Shown one piece after another: positions 27,723 to 39,837 of a DNA stretch of 64,000 nucleotides (its first letter is position 1; each line of letters starts with the position of its first letter). Origin of the DNA: Callorhinchus milii (taxonomy: Eukaryota). The notes beneath the pieces were generated by a model, which saw only the letters and a program-made list of their open reading frames with translations, searched no databases and was not told the DNA's origin. The stretch is taken from the NCBI RefSeq assembly GCF_018977255.1, contig NW_024704742.1:52144001-52208000 (forward strand), given 5' to 3'. A program made the position numbers and the translations under genes.

Positions 27723-29493
27723 TCAAGGCAAAACAGTCAAATCATTAGGGACTAAATCCAAAGTTTCTGACGGTGAATAGCTTTAATCATATTATTACAT
27801 CATATTATGTCTTTACTTCAAGTCTTAACATGACAATTTCTTTAAAAAATTATAATCTATATTTTCTAAAAAATCACCCAATCCAGGAGAACATCTTCAA
27901 AAAACCCTCTAAATGAAATTAACCTTCTAAAGCCCTCGAAAAACCCATTAGTCACTCTTTAATAAAATTGGTATAAGAATTTTCTTAGATTCTCTTAATT
28001 TTCTTAAATTTCAAAAGCTATATGGAACTCCATGCATTTGGAATTATTTTTGTTTGTTAGTTTTTTAAAAATAAGCAATTATACATGCAACATATTTGTG
28101 CTGTAAGCATTTATCGATACAAAAGGATCCTTGCAGGTGTTTCATGGTATAGTACATTCCATGTTACACATTTGACCAAGTTTCAAAATTTGGAAAAAGA
28201 TCTGAAAAGCACAGCAGAAGCCCAACTGATTTAATATGATGGATCTTTGTAAATGTTAAAACCACTGATCGTTGCTTCACAAGGACATGCTAAACAAATA
28301 TTCTTGTAAATAATTCTTCTTTAACCATGATATAAAGTACAGTTTACCAATAGAAGAGAATAAAATAACATGGGAGTCAAAAAACAAACAGCTTCTATCA
28401 GATTGCTAATTACTTCTAAGCCTTCTTAAGAGGCCTTCTTGGGACTTGCCTGTGATTTTGTTTTTGTGCTGGGTCTTCATTTACTGTTTCAGATATTTTT
28501 CCCGATTCCTTTTAGTTAAGTGCAAAATTACAGATCAGCTCTATAAAATGTGCTCGACCAGCAGGAGACAAGGAGACAGAAAAGATTGAAGAGGCCTTGT
28601 TCATTCACTACTGGAAAATGGTGGCAGCACCAACTTTAGAAAAGTTTGTAGAAACAAAACCCACTGTTTAATTACTGCTCTTACTATAGCTTCTATTATT
28701 TGCTTTGAGACCTCCTCCGGATGTGAAAGGTGCTATGTATGTATAAATTGTATTGTATAATCATCATGCAAGATATTAATCTAATGACGTTTGCATGATT
28801 CCGAATCTTTGAATTCAGTATCGTGGTGCATATATAGCATTCCAAAGCTATATACAGTGCAAAATAGGAATGTTTAGAAGGAAAGGGCAAAACACAGGAA
28901 AACCATAATTAATTGGATATTTATAAATGACTAGAATGCTAATCACTTAATTGGAGCAGTCATGCTGCTGTATATTTTCAGATCACTTTTTCAAGACATC
29001 TCAAATGATTTTCATCAATTGCTGATTAAAATGCTGCTGACCATAACAACTAGTCACATTGTTTCAAGAAAGGAAAAAAATTAACTACCGAAGCTACTAT
29101 GTAGCGAATGCTGATCAACTTGGTTTTGATTCTTTCAGCCTCGATGATACTCGCAAAGAGGAAAGTATTTACATTTTTTGCAGTGAAAATGATCATAGAG
29201 TTACGACAAATAATGTACCAAAATAGATTTATTAAACTCAAATGAAGGTGTAGGATTAGCAATCGAACTTGGGTAGTGTTAATCTTGCACTTGTGCAAAT
29301 TGGTTGTCTGCTTGAGGAAGAAAGTCTTATTGAGAAGTGCACTTTTATAAAATGGGAAATATCTGTTAACACTACAAAACATTAACATCTCATACATTTA
29401 CAAAACAACATCACCTGAGCACCTAAAGTTTGATCAAAACTATTTAATTGCAAGTTTCTGTTGCCCCTCCCCGAGAAGTTTTTAAAAAATTAC

Positions 29494-29548
29494 CTTTCCT
29501 GTGAGTGACGAAGGGAATTCTGATTCAAATTTGTTGCTCAGACCAAAC
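29494..29548 (-). CDS. CHIC2: CHIC2 coding exon 2 (FGLSNKFESEFPSSLTGK), 55 nt
   Basis: Acceptor tttcag| and donor |gtaatt. Phase completes the Val codon of exon 1. Peptide matches CHIC2. Confidence 0.96.
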
Positions 29549-32257
29549 CTGAAATGACAAAACAAATTAGAACATACAACTCTCAATCCATTTGAAGAAA
29601 TCAATTGTAGTCACGAGATTTTTAGTTGAAGTTTGTCAATCTAATTATCCAACTTCAAATCAGACACCCGTTCATTAATGTAAAATAAAATCATTGCAGA
29701 AAGGAATGCAAAAAAAATTGTGTTCAAAATGTTAATTGGAGTGGCAAGAAACCAAACTCACAGTCCTACCTATGAACCAGGGTGGCTGGTTGCTCATCAG
29801 TAGTGCCCTAGAGAACTGCAGACCCACCTAGCTCAGGAACAAGACAACCAAGACCACCACAGAGGGTGACTCAATGTAAACATTCTGGTGCCAAGCTCGT
29901 CTCCCTGGAGCAAGTTCAGCTGGATATATGAACTTGTTTTCATATTAATCATATTATGTAGGCCCATGCAGTATGAATCAGCTTCCTGGACCCATGCAAG
30001 AGCCACTTGGGAGACATGTCAATCAATGTCAATTAGTCTCTGTGCACGCGTCGAAATATTTTACTCCTCGAGAAATGTCTCCACTGAGGTTGGATTCCTC
30101 AAATGCACGACCATGGTAACGTACCACGCAAGTGAATTTTCAGCAATAATTTGTCCTCACATCATACTGCCAAATGGTGCTCACTCGTACTTTCTCAAAC
30201 TCCAAACTTGAAAAGACCGTTTTCATAACAAGTGTTTTCCACAATAAGAACTGATACCACAGGACTTTTTGGTTGGAACTGCATCTGAATTATTACTTTC
30301 TGACCCTAGCACCTTTGTACACTTAGACAAGAATGTACTACAAAAAATGCTGTGAAGCTTTGAGCTTAGGCAGAATTATAAAAGGCTGACTTGCCTTTTA
30401 GTGAACCAAACTAATGTCAGTTATGTTTTTCATGCACCTCTGAACTTTAGAGACAGTTGAATGATTATTTAAGTGAATAGACACATTCTGACATTATGGT
30501 CCACTCTGATCTGCTTGGGCTTTACTCTGGAGGAAAGAAGTTACAAGGCTGGTAAGAGTTTAACTGAACAAATTTGATATTAATTAGACTTGAAGTACTG
30601 CAGAGTCATACGAATTTGAACACTAACTTTAAATTTAGTTTACTACTGTATTATTGCTTTAGTTTTTAGCTCAAAACTTGTAGCAAGCCTAGTGGACATT
30701 CAAGAGCTCTCCCTTAATTACTGGACTTTGAACGAATGATCTTACATTTCTAATTAATATACTTGTAGTATATCCCATTAGGCCAATGAGTTGTACTTTT
30801 ATTTCAAAAATAGGTCTTTCATTGTTTTACATGTGCATATGATACAGCAAGTTAAAACCCATTCTCACATATATGTCCAACAGAGATTAGTGGACAACAT
30901 TCAGGAGCATGACCAAGGCTGGCTGTTGGCTTCCCCATGCCAAACCTTACAATATCTTAATGAGCAGGAGAATAAAACTAGACTGCTTTGACTGAACACC
31001 TTATGAGCAAACTATACAGTACAATGAGACATCAAGGAGTCCTATGAGTACTTTTAAATTAGACGCCAGTCTTGATAGTTTACACCAGAACAGAGTAGAA
31101 AGGATTCAAATTTAGATAAAACTGATGATTCAGAAAAATTATGTAGCAAAAGTGAATATTCCACATTTTATTAAATAAGGTTTTAATTTTATTTCATCTG
31201 CTTTCACGCAACAGTCTGATAATGTTTCCCCACCACAATCTTACTTCTGTGATCCCTTTGCTAGGGATTGACTAGATCAAAAACTATTATTTAACACTAG
31301 ATTTATAATTTATACACAAGCACACACCTATAAGTATGTATACATATATATTATATAGATATTATTAAACATGCATATATATTTTAGGATCTAGAAAATA
31401 TCTACAACCTTCTCTTCTCCAGTGCTTTGCTCTTCAATTAGCTTGCTAACTCTAAACTACCAAAGGCTCACACATTAATAAACAACCACTTGAGCCAGTA
31501 TTGGACGCAACTATAGAACTGTAACCCACTAACAGGAAAAATCAAGTAAAACATCAGAATAGATATTAACAAACAAATAAATAAATTTAATTAAACAAAT
31601 TTAAGTCTGAGAATTGTGTGACAAAAAACATACGACTTTTACCACTTAAAACTGTTCTGCTGTACACATGCAGTTTCCATTGGTTCAGCGGATTTGGGAT
31701 TACTTCTTCAGTGAATGGAATGCATTAATCTTGCACTAGTCAGATATAAAGAATGTCATCTTTATTTTTAGACAAATGTAAGGTGCCATAATTTCTGGTT
31801 ATTAATTATTGAGCATTGCTTAATAAAACCTGCAGAAATTAAAATCTTTAATACAGTATTTAAATGTCAAATTAAACAACAGAGCATCCTTTACTGAGAC
31901 AACTACTGCCATTATCAAAATTGGAACAAATTTGCTCCCACTAACTCCACATGATAATTGAGGGGTGCTTTATAAATCCAAGCTATTGTTGTTGAATATT
32001 TGCAATCCAAGTTGTTGTTACAAATGCAGTAATAATTTCACAATTCAGAAGGCAATTATACTGTAACTTGAAGAGCAAACGAGATGTTCTGCTAATAGAT
32101 CAACCAGCCAAAATTGTCAGTTGAACTTGGGCTGGCGGGGGGGCAGACCAGTCACTGGGGGCAGGGATTCTTACCACTAGGCTCTTGTTAACCCTTGTAG
32201 CTGGATAAGCAGCATAAAGATACATATTTTTTTTTGTCATGCTTCGGTTGTTATATT

Positions 32258-32598
32258 GTGGAGTCCTGTAGCTCAGTGGTTAGAGCACTCGCTTTGCAAG
32301 TGAGAGATCTGAGTTCAATTCCAGGCAGGTCAGGGCGAAACCTTGGGCAAGTTTCCTTACTCCACACAAAGCCTAATAATAATCCCTCCAAAAAACCCAA
32401 AACAATAATTAAATTGGTCATTTTCAATCTACGACTGTTTGTGGGACATTGCTGTGCGCAATTGGCTGCCGCGTTCGCCCACAAATATACAGTCAATTCA
32501 CTTTACAATGTGTTCTGTGAAGCGCTTTGGGACGTCCTCCCGACGTGAAAAGCGCTATATCAAATGCAAGGATTATTATTATTATTATTATTATTATT
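32258..32598 (+). mobile_element. Full-length tRNA-derived SINE (short form) with L2-like tail and (TTA)n end
   Basis: A-box TAGCTCAGTGG and B-box GAGTTCAATTCC. Tail GACGTGAAAAGCGCTATATCAAATGCAAGG(ATT)n. Several copies in the window. Confidence 0.92.
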
Positions 32599-32989
32599 GC
32601 AATAAAGGTCAAATCATCTATTGCCCTTCCATTTAACAGCATTTGTTTCTTAGTAATTTTATTTTGGGTTCAAACTATGACAGTATCGCTTTCACTGTTT
32701 TTTTGCATACAATAATCAGGTAAGGCAGTTATGTTCCAAGAATGCCTTAAAGATGAAATACATGGGGCTGTGCTAATTGTCTAGGGTTAATCTGCAAGTA
32801 GACTGTGTGTTAAAACCTTTTCTTATAAAAGTTTCCCAAATCATAATTCCCTTGACCTTTTCACTTCAATTTAGCACAAAAGATCAGTGATTTGTTACAA
32901 ACGGTACAAGTCTGGTTTGAGGATACTAACTGCCTAGACTACATTGAGGTAGTGGTTTAGCTACGAAAGTGATTCACATCAATGCCAGG

Positions 32990-33800
32990 TGTCAGCCTGA
33001 CCCAGTTGGTAGCACGCTACCAACTGAAGTCAGAAGGTTGTGTGCTCAAACCCTAGGAGTCACAGTCTAAGATGATGCTCCAATTCAGTGTTGGGAGGGC
33101 AGTCCCATTGCTCGAGATGTCGTGCTTTGGGTGAGATGTTTATCTTAGGTTCCATCTGCCTATTCAGAAGGACGTAAGAGAACCCATAACACTATCCAAA
33201 GAAAAGGGAGCTTCTTCCAGTTTCTTGGCCAACAATACCCCAGATCAACAAAAATGATCATTTTCAAAGAATTTACAGCAAGGAAAAGGGCCACTTAACC
33301 CAAACAGCCTACGTCTGTGTTTATACTGCACAAAAGTCTTCAACCATTCTTTAATCCCTCCCATATGCTTCTATTCACCTCTCCCTCATATGAAGATAAA
33401 CTGAATGCATCTATACGATCTGATCCAACAACCACTTCAGTTAGAGAGTTCCACAAACTCACAATCCTTTGTGTGATGTAGTTCCTCCTAAATCCTTTTT
33501 TTAGATTTCCCAATCACTATCTTATACCTGTGTGCCCTGGTTACGGACTCCCCAAACAGTGAAAACAGCCCACTTATGTATAATCTTATCAAACCATTTT
33601 TGAATTTTAAACATTTATAATTTCATGGCTGTTGGTGGGACATTACAAAGAGCAAATTGGCTGCTGGTTTTGCCTCAAACGACTCAGTGCTCCCCCACCG
33701 CTGCATTGGATTATGAACTTCACTATCTTTTATAGAAACTTTTGTGAAGCACTTCGAGACATTTTGACATAAGGCACTAGATCAAATACTATGATTATTA
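32990..33800 (+). mobile_element. DeuSINE-like element split by a minus-strand CR1 3' fragment (~33265-33615)
   Basis: Head and core at 32990-33260, body and tail resume at ~33620. The insert resembles the reverse complement of a CR1 3' end. Confidence 0.65.
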
Positions 33801-34325
33801 TGAATGCATACTTGGCAAATGAATATCCCCTCTGCTAACAAAAAAGTCCCTTGAAAGTTAAGGAACAATCTTTGATAATATTGGTGTTTGAGGTCAGTTT
33901 GCAGAGCACTATGAATATACTTAGTTGTATACGTGCAGAACTTTCCTCAATCCCAGACCAATCCGATTATAAAGCAGGAAATACATCAAGCTTCATACTC
34001 CTAATCATTTTACAACTGGAAGAAATAACTAATTACTTCTGGAAGTAAAACTGAGGGCATAACTGTAAATACTGTATTTAGGGAAAGATAATAGGAAGAT
34101 AATGCTGTGAATTAGTCAGAAAGCTGGTATCTGAAATAATAATAATAATCCTTGCATTTGATATAGCGCCTTATCATGTCTTCGAGATGCCTCAAAGCAC
34201 TTCACAGAATATACTGTAAAGTGAATTAACTGTATATTTTGTGGGCCAAAGACTACAGTCAGACAGATGAGCAGCTTGAAGTATGCTAAATTCAGGAATT
34301 AGTGGTGACCAGGTGAGAGCTGTGC

Positions 34326-34760
34326 TAGCCTGGTGCAGTGGTGGCACTCTCACCTCTGAGTCAGAAGGTTTGGGTTCAAGCGAGAGTCCCCATATCGGGA
34401 CTTGAAATTACATAGTCTAAGCTGTGTGGGGATCTGTTGCATTGTCAGAGATGCCATCCATCGAATGAGATGTTAAACTGAGGTCACTTTTAACTGTTCA
34501 GGTGGACGTCAAAGATCCCATGGCACTATTCAAAAAGCGAAGTTTCTCCCGGTGTTCTGGCCAACAAACCCCTCAAATAAAAATAGTCATTCACTCCATG
34601 GCTGTTCGTGGGACATCACTGTGCACAAGTTATCTCCTGCATTCATCCACAAAATACAGACAATCCACTTTACAGTATATCATGTGAAGTACTTTGACAT
34701 AGCTCGACGACGTGATAAGAAACTACATCAAATGAAAGGATTATTATTATGATTATTATT
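34326..34760 (+). mobile_element. DeuSINE-like element (SacSINE1/AmnSINE1-type central domain)
   Basis: Head CTCACCTCTGAGTCAGAAGGT, Deu-like core GATGTTAAACTGAGG...CAGGTGGACGTCAAAGATCCCATGGCACTATT...CCCGGTGTTCTGGCCAA, then the shared SINE 3' body and tail. Family name comes from recalled consensus, not a search. Confidence 0.75.
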
Positions 34761-35019
34761 AATTGTACATGGATTAACACTGGAACAACTGCACAAGCTT
34801 TATTTCCCCTTATCCACTGTTGATCGCATGCCTAATACACTCCAATACCCTGTAAAATGGTTATTCTTTGTGTTTAAACCCATAATGTGTGAGCCAAGAC
34901 TATGAGCAATTGCACACTGTAAGATCATGGTGGGAAGGAGGCAAACAAAAGAATAACCCAAGCCTAATATTCTCCTCAGTTGACATTCATACATTCAAAC
35001 TTTCTAGAGTCACTAGATA

Positions 35020-35193
35020 GACAAATAGTCGTGGATTGAAGTGACCAATTTATTTTTCTTTTTTTTTCTTGATGGATTATTACCAGGCATGTGGAGTAAG
35101 GAAACTTGCCCAAGGTTTTGCCCTGCCGGTAATCGAACCCAGGTCTCTTGCTTGCGAGGTGAGTGCTCCAACCACCAAACTACAGGACTCCAC
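35020..35193 (-). mobile_element. 5' half of the tRNA-derived SINE
   Basis: Reverse complement of the GTGGAGTCCTGTAG head and first part of the body. Confidence 0.85.
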
Positions 35194-37299
35194 AATGTCT
35201 CAAATCAAAAATATTAAACAGCACATTATAACTGGTCCGAGGAAAAACGTGCGGCTGGTTGGGTCTTTTTTTTTTAGAAACACCAAAAAGAGACAAAAGG
35301 CCTGTAATTTACTATAGCCCTGTTGAAGTTTACATTTTTTTTAAAAAAAGAAAAACGAATGGTGATAATCACTAAAGAGATCAAAATACTAGCAAATTTC
35401 AGTAGGTTTAAAATTAATTATCCATTTGCTTTTCCATCCCACAATGTTAATGTCTGCAAGTTACATAATTGATTGGAGGTTCAGCTTTCATGATTTCACA
35501 TACAGAACTTGGGTCTCTCAGCTCCTTGATAAGACTAAGTTTTGATTACACTTCCATACTTTAAATGTGATTATATTCCCAGGATATACACTACTTTTCA
35601 TATTGAACTTGTGATATACTGTAAATCCTTCCCCCTTCTTTTAAGACACCTGAAAACCTTTCTTAGACTGTGACTTCAGTCAACTTCAGTCAACCCCATT
35701 CTGCTTCGGCTCCCACTCTAAGGTAGCACTTTGAGACATTCTCCTATGTGACAGGTGCTATAAAAATTGTTTGATGCAGCAGAAGCAAAATTAATCAAAT
35801 AATATTAATATCTCCCCACTCAAAGTACTTAAGATTTCTTTATGGTCAGCTGGGCGTCTGAGGTATGCAGAAAATCATCTTAAGCATGCTTAAGAGTATC
35901 CAAACAGAGTCCCATGCATCCCATCAAAAAACATGGAAATTCCTGTGTATCTGAATGCGTACACTTGCCCTGAAGGAAGCATCTCGATTACTTAATTCTG
36001 GAGAGTATTAGGTGCAGGCTGGAAAGAGCCAAGGCTTGGAAACCCCAAAGTGTGCATTGAGGTAGTGTTGGGAGTTTAACCTGCATATCTTGCCATTGAA
36101 AGCACCGTCTGGCAAGTTTTCTTGCTGCTTGCACAGCTAGGACCACCTTACCTGTTAGTGCTTTGGTTTGCATGGTTTAATAGGAGCTGAGCGGGAAACA
36201 TCCACTGAACACCTACACCTAAATTAGGTCTATTTAGCAATATGCCAAACTCTTACAAAATAGACTTACATAACATTCATTACACAATGAAGTGACTTTT
36301 GTTAAATATTTTGAGAAATTAACATTATATTAAATGAAAGCATGTAGACCTAAATTAGGTCTATCGTTTGTCTAACTTGATGATGCAGTAATATCAAAAT
36401 GAAGCATTTGGGAGCAAGCCAAAAATGTGTTGCAATCATTACTGGGTTACAGAAAGGTGTTATATTTCAACAATTTACAACAAAATTGTAGATATTGTAA
36501 AAATTGGTTTCAAATTCAGTCATTCGTACTTCAATTCAGTCACAAATCATGCAATTTAATTGTGATTTTAAAACACAAAGGTTTTATTGCACAGTGTAAC
36601 AATAAATATATTTTCAATCATTAACAAATGTTTCACTCCAATTTCATTAACAAAACTTCCACACTTATTGCTGCAGTGGAAATTTGGCATTTTTCTGCAA
36701 TGATAGTTCTGATCTGACAGGGTGTAATCTACTTTTTGGTACACACAGCAGCACAATTACTTAAAGATCAATAATAATAATCCTTGCATTTTATTTAGCG
36801 CCGTATCACGTCTTCGAGAAGTATCAATGCTGGCGGCAGCAGAGCAAGTCAATCTCACAGAGAATACACATCAACAGTGACAAGATCAAAACAAAACTGC
36901 AGGCAACAGCATCTCACCAGGCACCGGAAACCATTACTATTGGTTAATGTTTTGAGCTACATGTACTGTTTTTGCACCCTGGCTCCTGACTCTGCCCTCC
37001 AGCAATGATGCTCAGCTGCTCTCCTAACCCTGAACCTCGAGTCTTAAAACACACCCAACAAAACACACCCAACAAAACACTCAGCAGTTCGGGTAGCAAA
37101 CACGCACCACACTGTGGGAAAGCAGTCCCCGACTCAGGCTGCAGCGCAGAGGGAACTTCCAGTACAAACAGTAACTTCCAGGTGATAAAAAACAGTCATA
37201 AAATGTCAGCTGCGCCTCGGCGGATCCGCGCCTCCAGACCCCGCAGGCCTCGGGGCTGCCTGTTGTCCAGTGTGAGTGTCTCTGGAGCAGCTCCAGGCC

Positions 37300-37520
37300 G
37301 CGGCCTGGCCGCCCCCCGGCCTGACCTGGCCGGCCCGGCCCCCCCCGGCCCGGCCTGACCTGGCCGGCCCGGCCTGACCTGGTCCCCCCACGGCCCGGCC
37401 CCCCACGGCCCGCCCCCCCCCCGGCCCGGCCCCCCCCCGGCCCGGCCCCCCCCCGGCCCGGCCCCCCCCCCGGCCCGGCCCCCCCACGGCCCGGCCTGGC
37501 CCCCCACGGCCCGGCCCGGG
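37300..37520. repeat. GC-rich minisatellite (CCCGGCCCGGCCCCCCC-like units) in CHIC2 intron 1
   Basis: Directly visible tandem units, with G-runs on the minus strand. Confidence 0.9.
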
Positions 37521-37607
37521 GACTCCCATCACCCGCTTCACCCGGAGACAAGTTTCTATTTCGTCTAAAAAAAAACACCACAACGACTGGCGCGGCTCGG
37601 GCCTTAC

Positions 37608-37726
37608 ACGGTGACGTGTCCGGAGCCCCGCACCAACACCGGGTCCGGCGCGTACTTGAGCAGCTGCTCCTCCAGCGCTCGCTCCTCGTCCTCCTCTTCT
37701 TCGTAAATCGCATCAAAATCCGCCAT
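37608..37726 (-). CDS. CHIC2: CHIC2 coding exon 1 (MADFDAIYEEEEDEERALEEQLLKYAPDPVLVRGSGHVT-V)
   Basis: Translation is nearly identical to the vertebrate CHIC2 N-terminus. ATG at 37726 has strong Kozak context (-3 A, +4 G). Donor GT|GTAAGG at 37607, phase 2. In-frame upstream ATGs at 37729 and 37750. Confidence 0.96.
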
Positions 37727-37994
37727 CATCCCCGAGGCCGCCAACTCCATAGAGACGGCGCGCGCAGCCCAGCCCCGAAACGGGTCTCGCGAGAGCAGGG
37801 TCCTGCCCGCGACCGCAGCGACAGCAGCCGCATAAGTATCGCGAGATATCGCGGCTGGTCCCGTTCCCCCCCCTCCCCCTGCGAGTGGGAGTGACGTCAT
37901 TGCCGCTGGCACCGGCCTTTGGGGGGCGGGCGGGCGGTTGGGTTTGGTGACGTCAGCGAAGCGCAAGGCGGAGGCGACCTGCGGCGAACTGCAC

Positions 37995-38314
37995 ATCGTC
38001 ATCGTCGTCGTCACCGTCGTCGTCGTCACGATAGTAATCCTTGTGTTTGCTGTAGCGCCTTTATCACGTTGGACGGACGTCTCCAGACGCCTCGCGGGGT
38101 TTTGCGGCGAAGCGGGACGACTGTTCCATTGGCAGGCGAGCGCGGCGGCCGCCGCCCCCCCCCCCGCTCGGCGGCCGCGGGTTCGAAGCCAGCAGTTTCG
38201 TCCGTGGGCATCGCCGGCCGCGGCGCCCCGAGAAACTCCCTTCCTCTTCTGGAACAGCGGGGATCGCTTCACGTTCCCCTGGACAGGCAGACGGGGCCAC
38301 GGTTTAGCGTCTCA
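37995..38314 (-). mobile_element. GC-enriched DeuSINE-like relic inside the CHIC2 CpG island
   Basis: Tail motif TAATCCTTG..TTTG.T.TAGCGC at 38034 and core GGCAGACGGGGCCACGGTTTAGCGTCTCA at 38286-38314. Confidence 0.75.
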
Positions 38315-38675
38315 GTTCGCCCACAAATAGACAGTCAATTCACTTTACAGTGTGTTCTGTGAAGCGCTTTGGGACGTCCTCCCGACGTGAAAAGCGCTAT
38401 ATCAAATGCAAGGATTATTATTAATATCTCATCTTGAAGCTCCCATGGCGCTGTCCAAAAGGACAAGAGCGTTCCTCCCGCTGTCCTGACCAACAATCGC
38501 CCCAATAAAATTGATCACTCACTCCACGCCTGTTTGTGAAATATTGCTGTGCACAACTCGCTGGCACGTTTCTCTCGCAAAATGCACAGTCAATCCACCT
38601 CACAGTATATCCTGTGAAGCACTTTGAGACGCTGTGATGACGTGAAAGGCACTACATTAAATGCAAGGATGATTA
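38315..38675 (+). mobile_element. Young SINE 3' fragment (38315-38423) followed by an older DeuSINE-like 3' half (~38440-38675)
   Basis: 38315-38423 is nearly identical to 32473-32583. Confidence 0.85.
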
Positions 38676-39220
38676 CAGTCAGTAGCATATCGGGAAGGGA
38701 GTGCAGGAGCTACTTATTTACACATTGGCTGGTTAGAATGTTGCTCCCCCTACTTTTGCGACCTCCTAACTCCCTACCATCCTGCCCTCTCCCTCCACTC
38801 AGCGGGCTCCAGCCTGCTTCACATCCCCCGCCTCGCCCACCCCACCATTGGCAGGCGGGCCTTCTGCCCCCACCCTCTGGAATTCCATCCGACAGTCCCT
38901 CCACCTCGCCCCCTCCCTCGCCTCCTTCAAGACCGTGCTTTCGATCACACTACTTTCCCCCCCCCACCACCAACATCCGCCCTCCCCAATCCCGACCCCC
39001 AGCTCGGTCTGATAATCTGACTGTCCAGTGCCTTGGGACCTACTCTCAACGTGAAAGGCACTATAGAAATGTAATTTTGTTGTTATTGAAACAAAGCAGC
39101 AATATATTTAAGAGGAAACACATGAGGGAGAAGGGAATAGGGGTATGTGGAGTATCAACACTTATGGACCAGATGGGTCAAATGGATTGCTTCTGTGCTG
39201 TAACGTTCCATGATTTGTAA
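38676..39220 (+). mobile_element. CR1 3' end (38676-38735 and 39088-39220) interrupted by an L2 3' fragment (38736-39087)
   Basis: L2 UTR and tail motifs in the middle. CR1-type terminus GGACCAGATGGGTCAAATGG..TTCTGTGCTGTAA at the end. Confidence 0.65.
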
Positions 39221-39537
39221 CTAACTCCAAGCGAGCAGGATTTTGGAAAACTCAGCACCAGCAGAACATTTTTGACAGGATAAATAGTGAAAGATCATTC
39301 CTGTTGATTGGCAAAAATGGTAATTAGGGAGCGTAAACTCACTGGATTGTCACTGGAACAGTTATGGGCAAAATTAGAAGAAATATTTTTATGCAGTGGA
39401 TTGTTAGAGCATGTAATATTTTGCCACAGGTTGCTATTGAAATAGAGACCATAGCAATACTTCAAAAAGGAAATTTTATAAATATTTAAAAGAAAAATAT
39501 AAAATAGAATGTGGAGATAGGAAGCAGTTTGGATTAG

Positions 39538-39539
<2 letters not shown>

Positions 39540-39570
<31 letters not shown>

Positions 39571-39837
39571 CCTTGCATTTGATATAGCGCTTTTCACGTC
39601 GGGAGGACGTCCCAAAGCGCTTCACAGAATATACTGTAAAGTGAATTGACTGTATATTTGTGGGCGAAACGCGGCAGCCAATTGCGCACAGCAATGTCCC
39701 ACAAACAGTCATGGATTGAAAATGACCAATTTATTATTGTTTTTGGTTTTTGGAGGGATTATTATTAGGCTCTGTGTGGAGTAAGGAAACTTGCCCAAGG
39801 TTTCGCCCTTTGCCTGGAATTGAACTCAGGTCTCTCA
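39540..39837 (-). mobile_element. Young, 5'-truncated copy of the tRNA-derived SINE
   Basis: Reverse complement is highly similar to 32302-32598, with a long (TTA)n tail. Confidence 0.9.

Larger units (their letters stand above)
37200..38330. promoter_or_regulatory. CpG island / CHIC2 promoter and first exon
   Basis: Very high GC and CpG against an AT-rich background. CRE palindromes TGACGTCA at 37892-37899 and 37948-37955, GC boxes at ~37924-37938, TCTCGCGAGA at 37785-37794 and TATCGCGAGA at 37837-37846. Confidence 0.9.

Noticed and set aside
32258..32330. tRNA-Ala-like sequence (also at 8558, 35193 and 51669)
   Set aside because: These are SINE heads. The acceptor stem is incomplete and each runs into the SINE body.
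37005..38362. Many overlapping 100-220 aa Gly/Arg/Pro/Ala-rich ORFs
   Set aside because: Stop codons are scarce in the CpG island and minisatellite. Only 37608-37726 is supported as coding.
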